Source of the DNA: Octopus sinensis
Taxonomy: Eukaryota
Direction of reading: 5' to 3'
NCBI RefSeq assembly: GCF_006345805.1
Contig: NC_043018.1
Coordinates: 9,610,001-9,674,000 of the forward strand
Length of the DNA stretch: 64,000 bases
A model generated the notes under the pieces. It saw nothing but the letters and a program-made list of their open reading frames with translations. It searched no databases and was not told the DNA's origin. Shown piece by piece: positions 62,430-64,000 of the stretch (its first letter is position 1; each line of letters starts with the position of its first letter). Made by a program: the position numbers and the translations under genes.

Positions 62430-63670
62430 CACAGACATGACAGAAGTAAATAGACACCCTTATAATCATTAAAATCTATCTAAATCTGAAATTATATATT
62501 CAAATTAGTTATTAATTGTTATAATGTGAATATCTGATATTTCGTAGACATGCCCTTTGCAGTTTTCAGTGCAAGGGCCCTATTAGGCATGTTAATGACC
62601 AGATAACGAATGTTCCCTTGCGAATACCTTGCCAAGTTTCATGCAGTCATCTCAAAAGATTCGACTTTGAAGATGCTTTAATGTTTTTATGAAGTGTCCA
62701 GTCTATTATACCCAAGAGGTATTCAATAGGGTTCATATCTGGTGACTGGCTTGGCCATGGAAGCTTTTTAATGCCATTCTCTTCCAGCACATCTTGGGCC
62801 ATTTTAACCTTGTGACAAGGATCCCTGTCTTCCATAAATAAAGAGTCTTCTGTCATCATTTCGCCACTTGAGAAGATTGGAAGGAGTCCTTTCTGCAATA
62901 TGGACATATATTTATCTGAATTTGTTTCCTTCACACTCCACCAGCTCTGATCAACCATTGCTCCAAATTGCTCTCCAGACCATCACAGAATAGCTGCCAT
63001 GTTTCATTGTTGGCTGCAATCTCTTCACATCAAATTCCTGATCACAGAGTCTCCAGACCCACACTTGACCACTGTCAGAAAATATAGCAAATTTGGACTC
63101 ACAGGAGAATATGGCAGTGTCCCAAAATGCTAGTGACCTCTCCACCATCTCACTGGCCCATTCTTTTCTCCGCTTGAAATTGGCTGGTCAAAGAAGTGGC
63201 TTCCTTCTTGCTGTTCTTCCATAGTAACAAAGTTTGTGGAGGTACCTGACAGCTGTTCTGGGACTGATACCAATTTGTTCTGCTATGTCAGAGGCCATGC
63301 AACCAGGATTATCCTCCACACTTCTCTTAGCAAAGAGAAGGGTCCTGTCAGAGGTCCCAGGTCAACATGGGTGAGATGTGGCCGCCTTCCCCTTTCTGGT
63401 GAATTACACAATCACTATTAACTGTAGAAAGTGGGATCCCAAGGTTTTCTGTGACTTTACACTGACTATATCCACCTTCAGAATGTCCCACAATACGGCC
63501 TCTTTGAAATTCGGACATTTCCAAGGCTTCTATTGTACGTGGCATGATTGAAGTCACATGTACAACCTCAAACAAAAATGTCAATTGATAAAAAATACAA
63601 ACCTTTACAAATTAGAATTAACACGAAACGATGTTTTACGGTGTGTCTGCTTACTTCTGTCATGTGTGTG
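62430..63670 (-). mobile_element. Tc1-like (DD34E) transposon, degenerate
   Basis: ORF pieces [11 protein letters not shown].., [34 protein letters not shown]; imperfect TIRs CACAGACATGACAGAAGTAA after TA. Confidence 0.85.
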
Positions 63671-63790
63671 TGAGATTCCCCCTTCCTCCTCATCATCATC
63701 ATCAATCTTGGGAAGCAAGATTTTTACCACACAGCCATGCCATATTTATATATATTCATATACATCTCTCTCCTTTCTCTCTCTCTCTGT

Positions 63791-63827
<37 letters not shown>

Positions 63828-64000
63828 GAGAGAGAGAGAGAAAGTGGTTGGTGTTAGGAAGGGCATCCAGCTGTAGAGGCCATGTCAAATCTGACTGGAG
63901 TCTGGTGCAGCCCCTCAGCTTATCAGCCCTGGTCAAACTGTCCAACCATGTCAGAGTGGGCAATGGATATTATACAATGATGACGACAATGATGATGATG

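Overview
AT-rich animal genomic DNA, dense in microsatellites and transposons. The repeat repertoire (tRNA-derived SINEs with internal CA/TA tracts, RTE-type 3' ends with GAT tails, AAT/CAT arrays) looks like Octopus; this is recalled pattern recognition, not a database hit. One unidentified multi-exon + strand gene is supported by four frame-compatible exons (10429-24933), with possible extra exons at 9751, 31788 and 32021. The rest is mostly mobile-element debris: a mariner with both 26-bp TIRs, a Tc1, a maT-like element carrying nested insertions, two Helitron families, Merlin-like MITEs with 8-9 bp TSDs, hAT MITEs, foldback elements, and LINE fragments (RTE, CR1, RLE-endonuclease, Penelope-like RT). 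The most notable signal is a set of minimal type I hammerhead-ribozyme-like motifs: one has an intact core (56778-56840, minus), two form an inverted pair (6850-7087), and three are degenerate. They share the window with Penelope-like RT remnants, which suggests a ribozyme-bearing retroelement or retrozyme-like system. Most ORFs in the supplied track are microsatellite artefacts. Boundaries of degenerate repeats are approximate, to within tens of bp.
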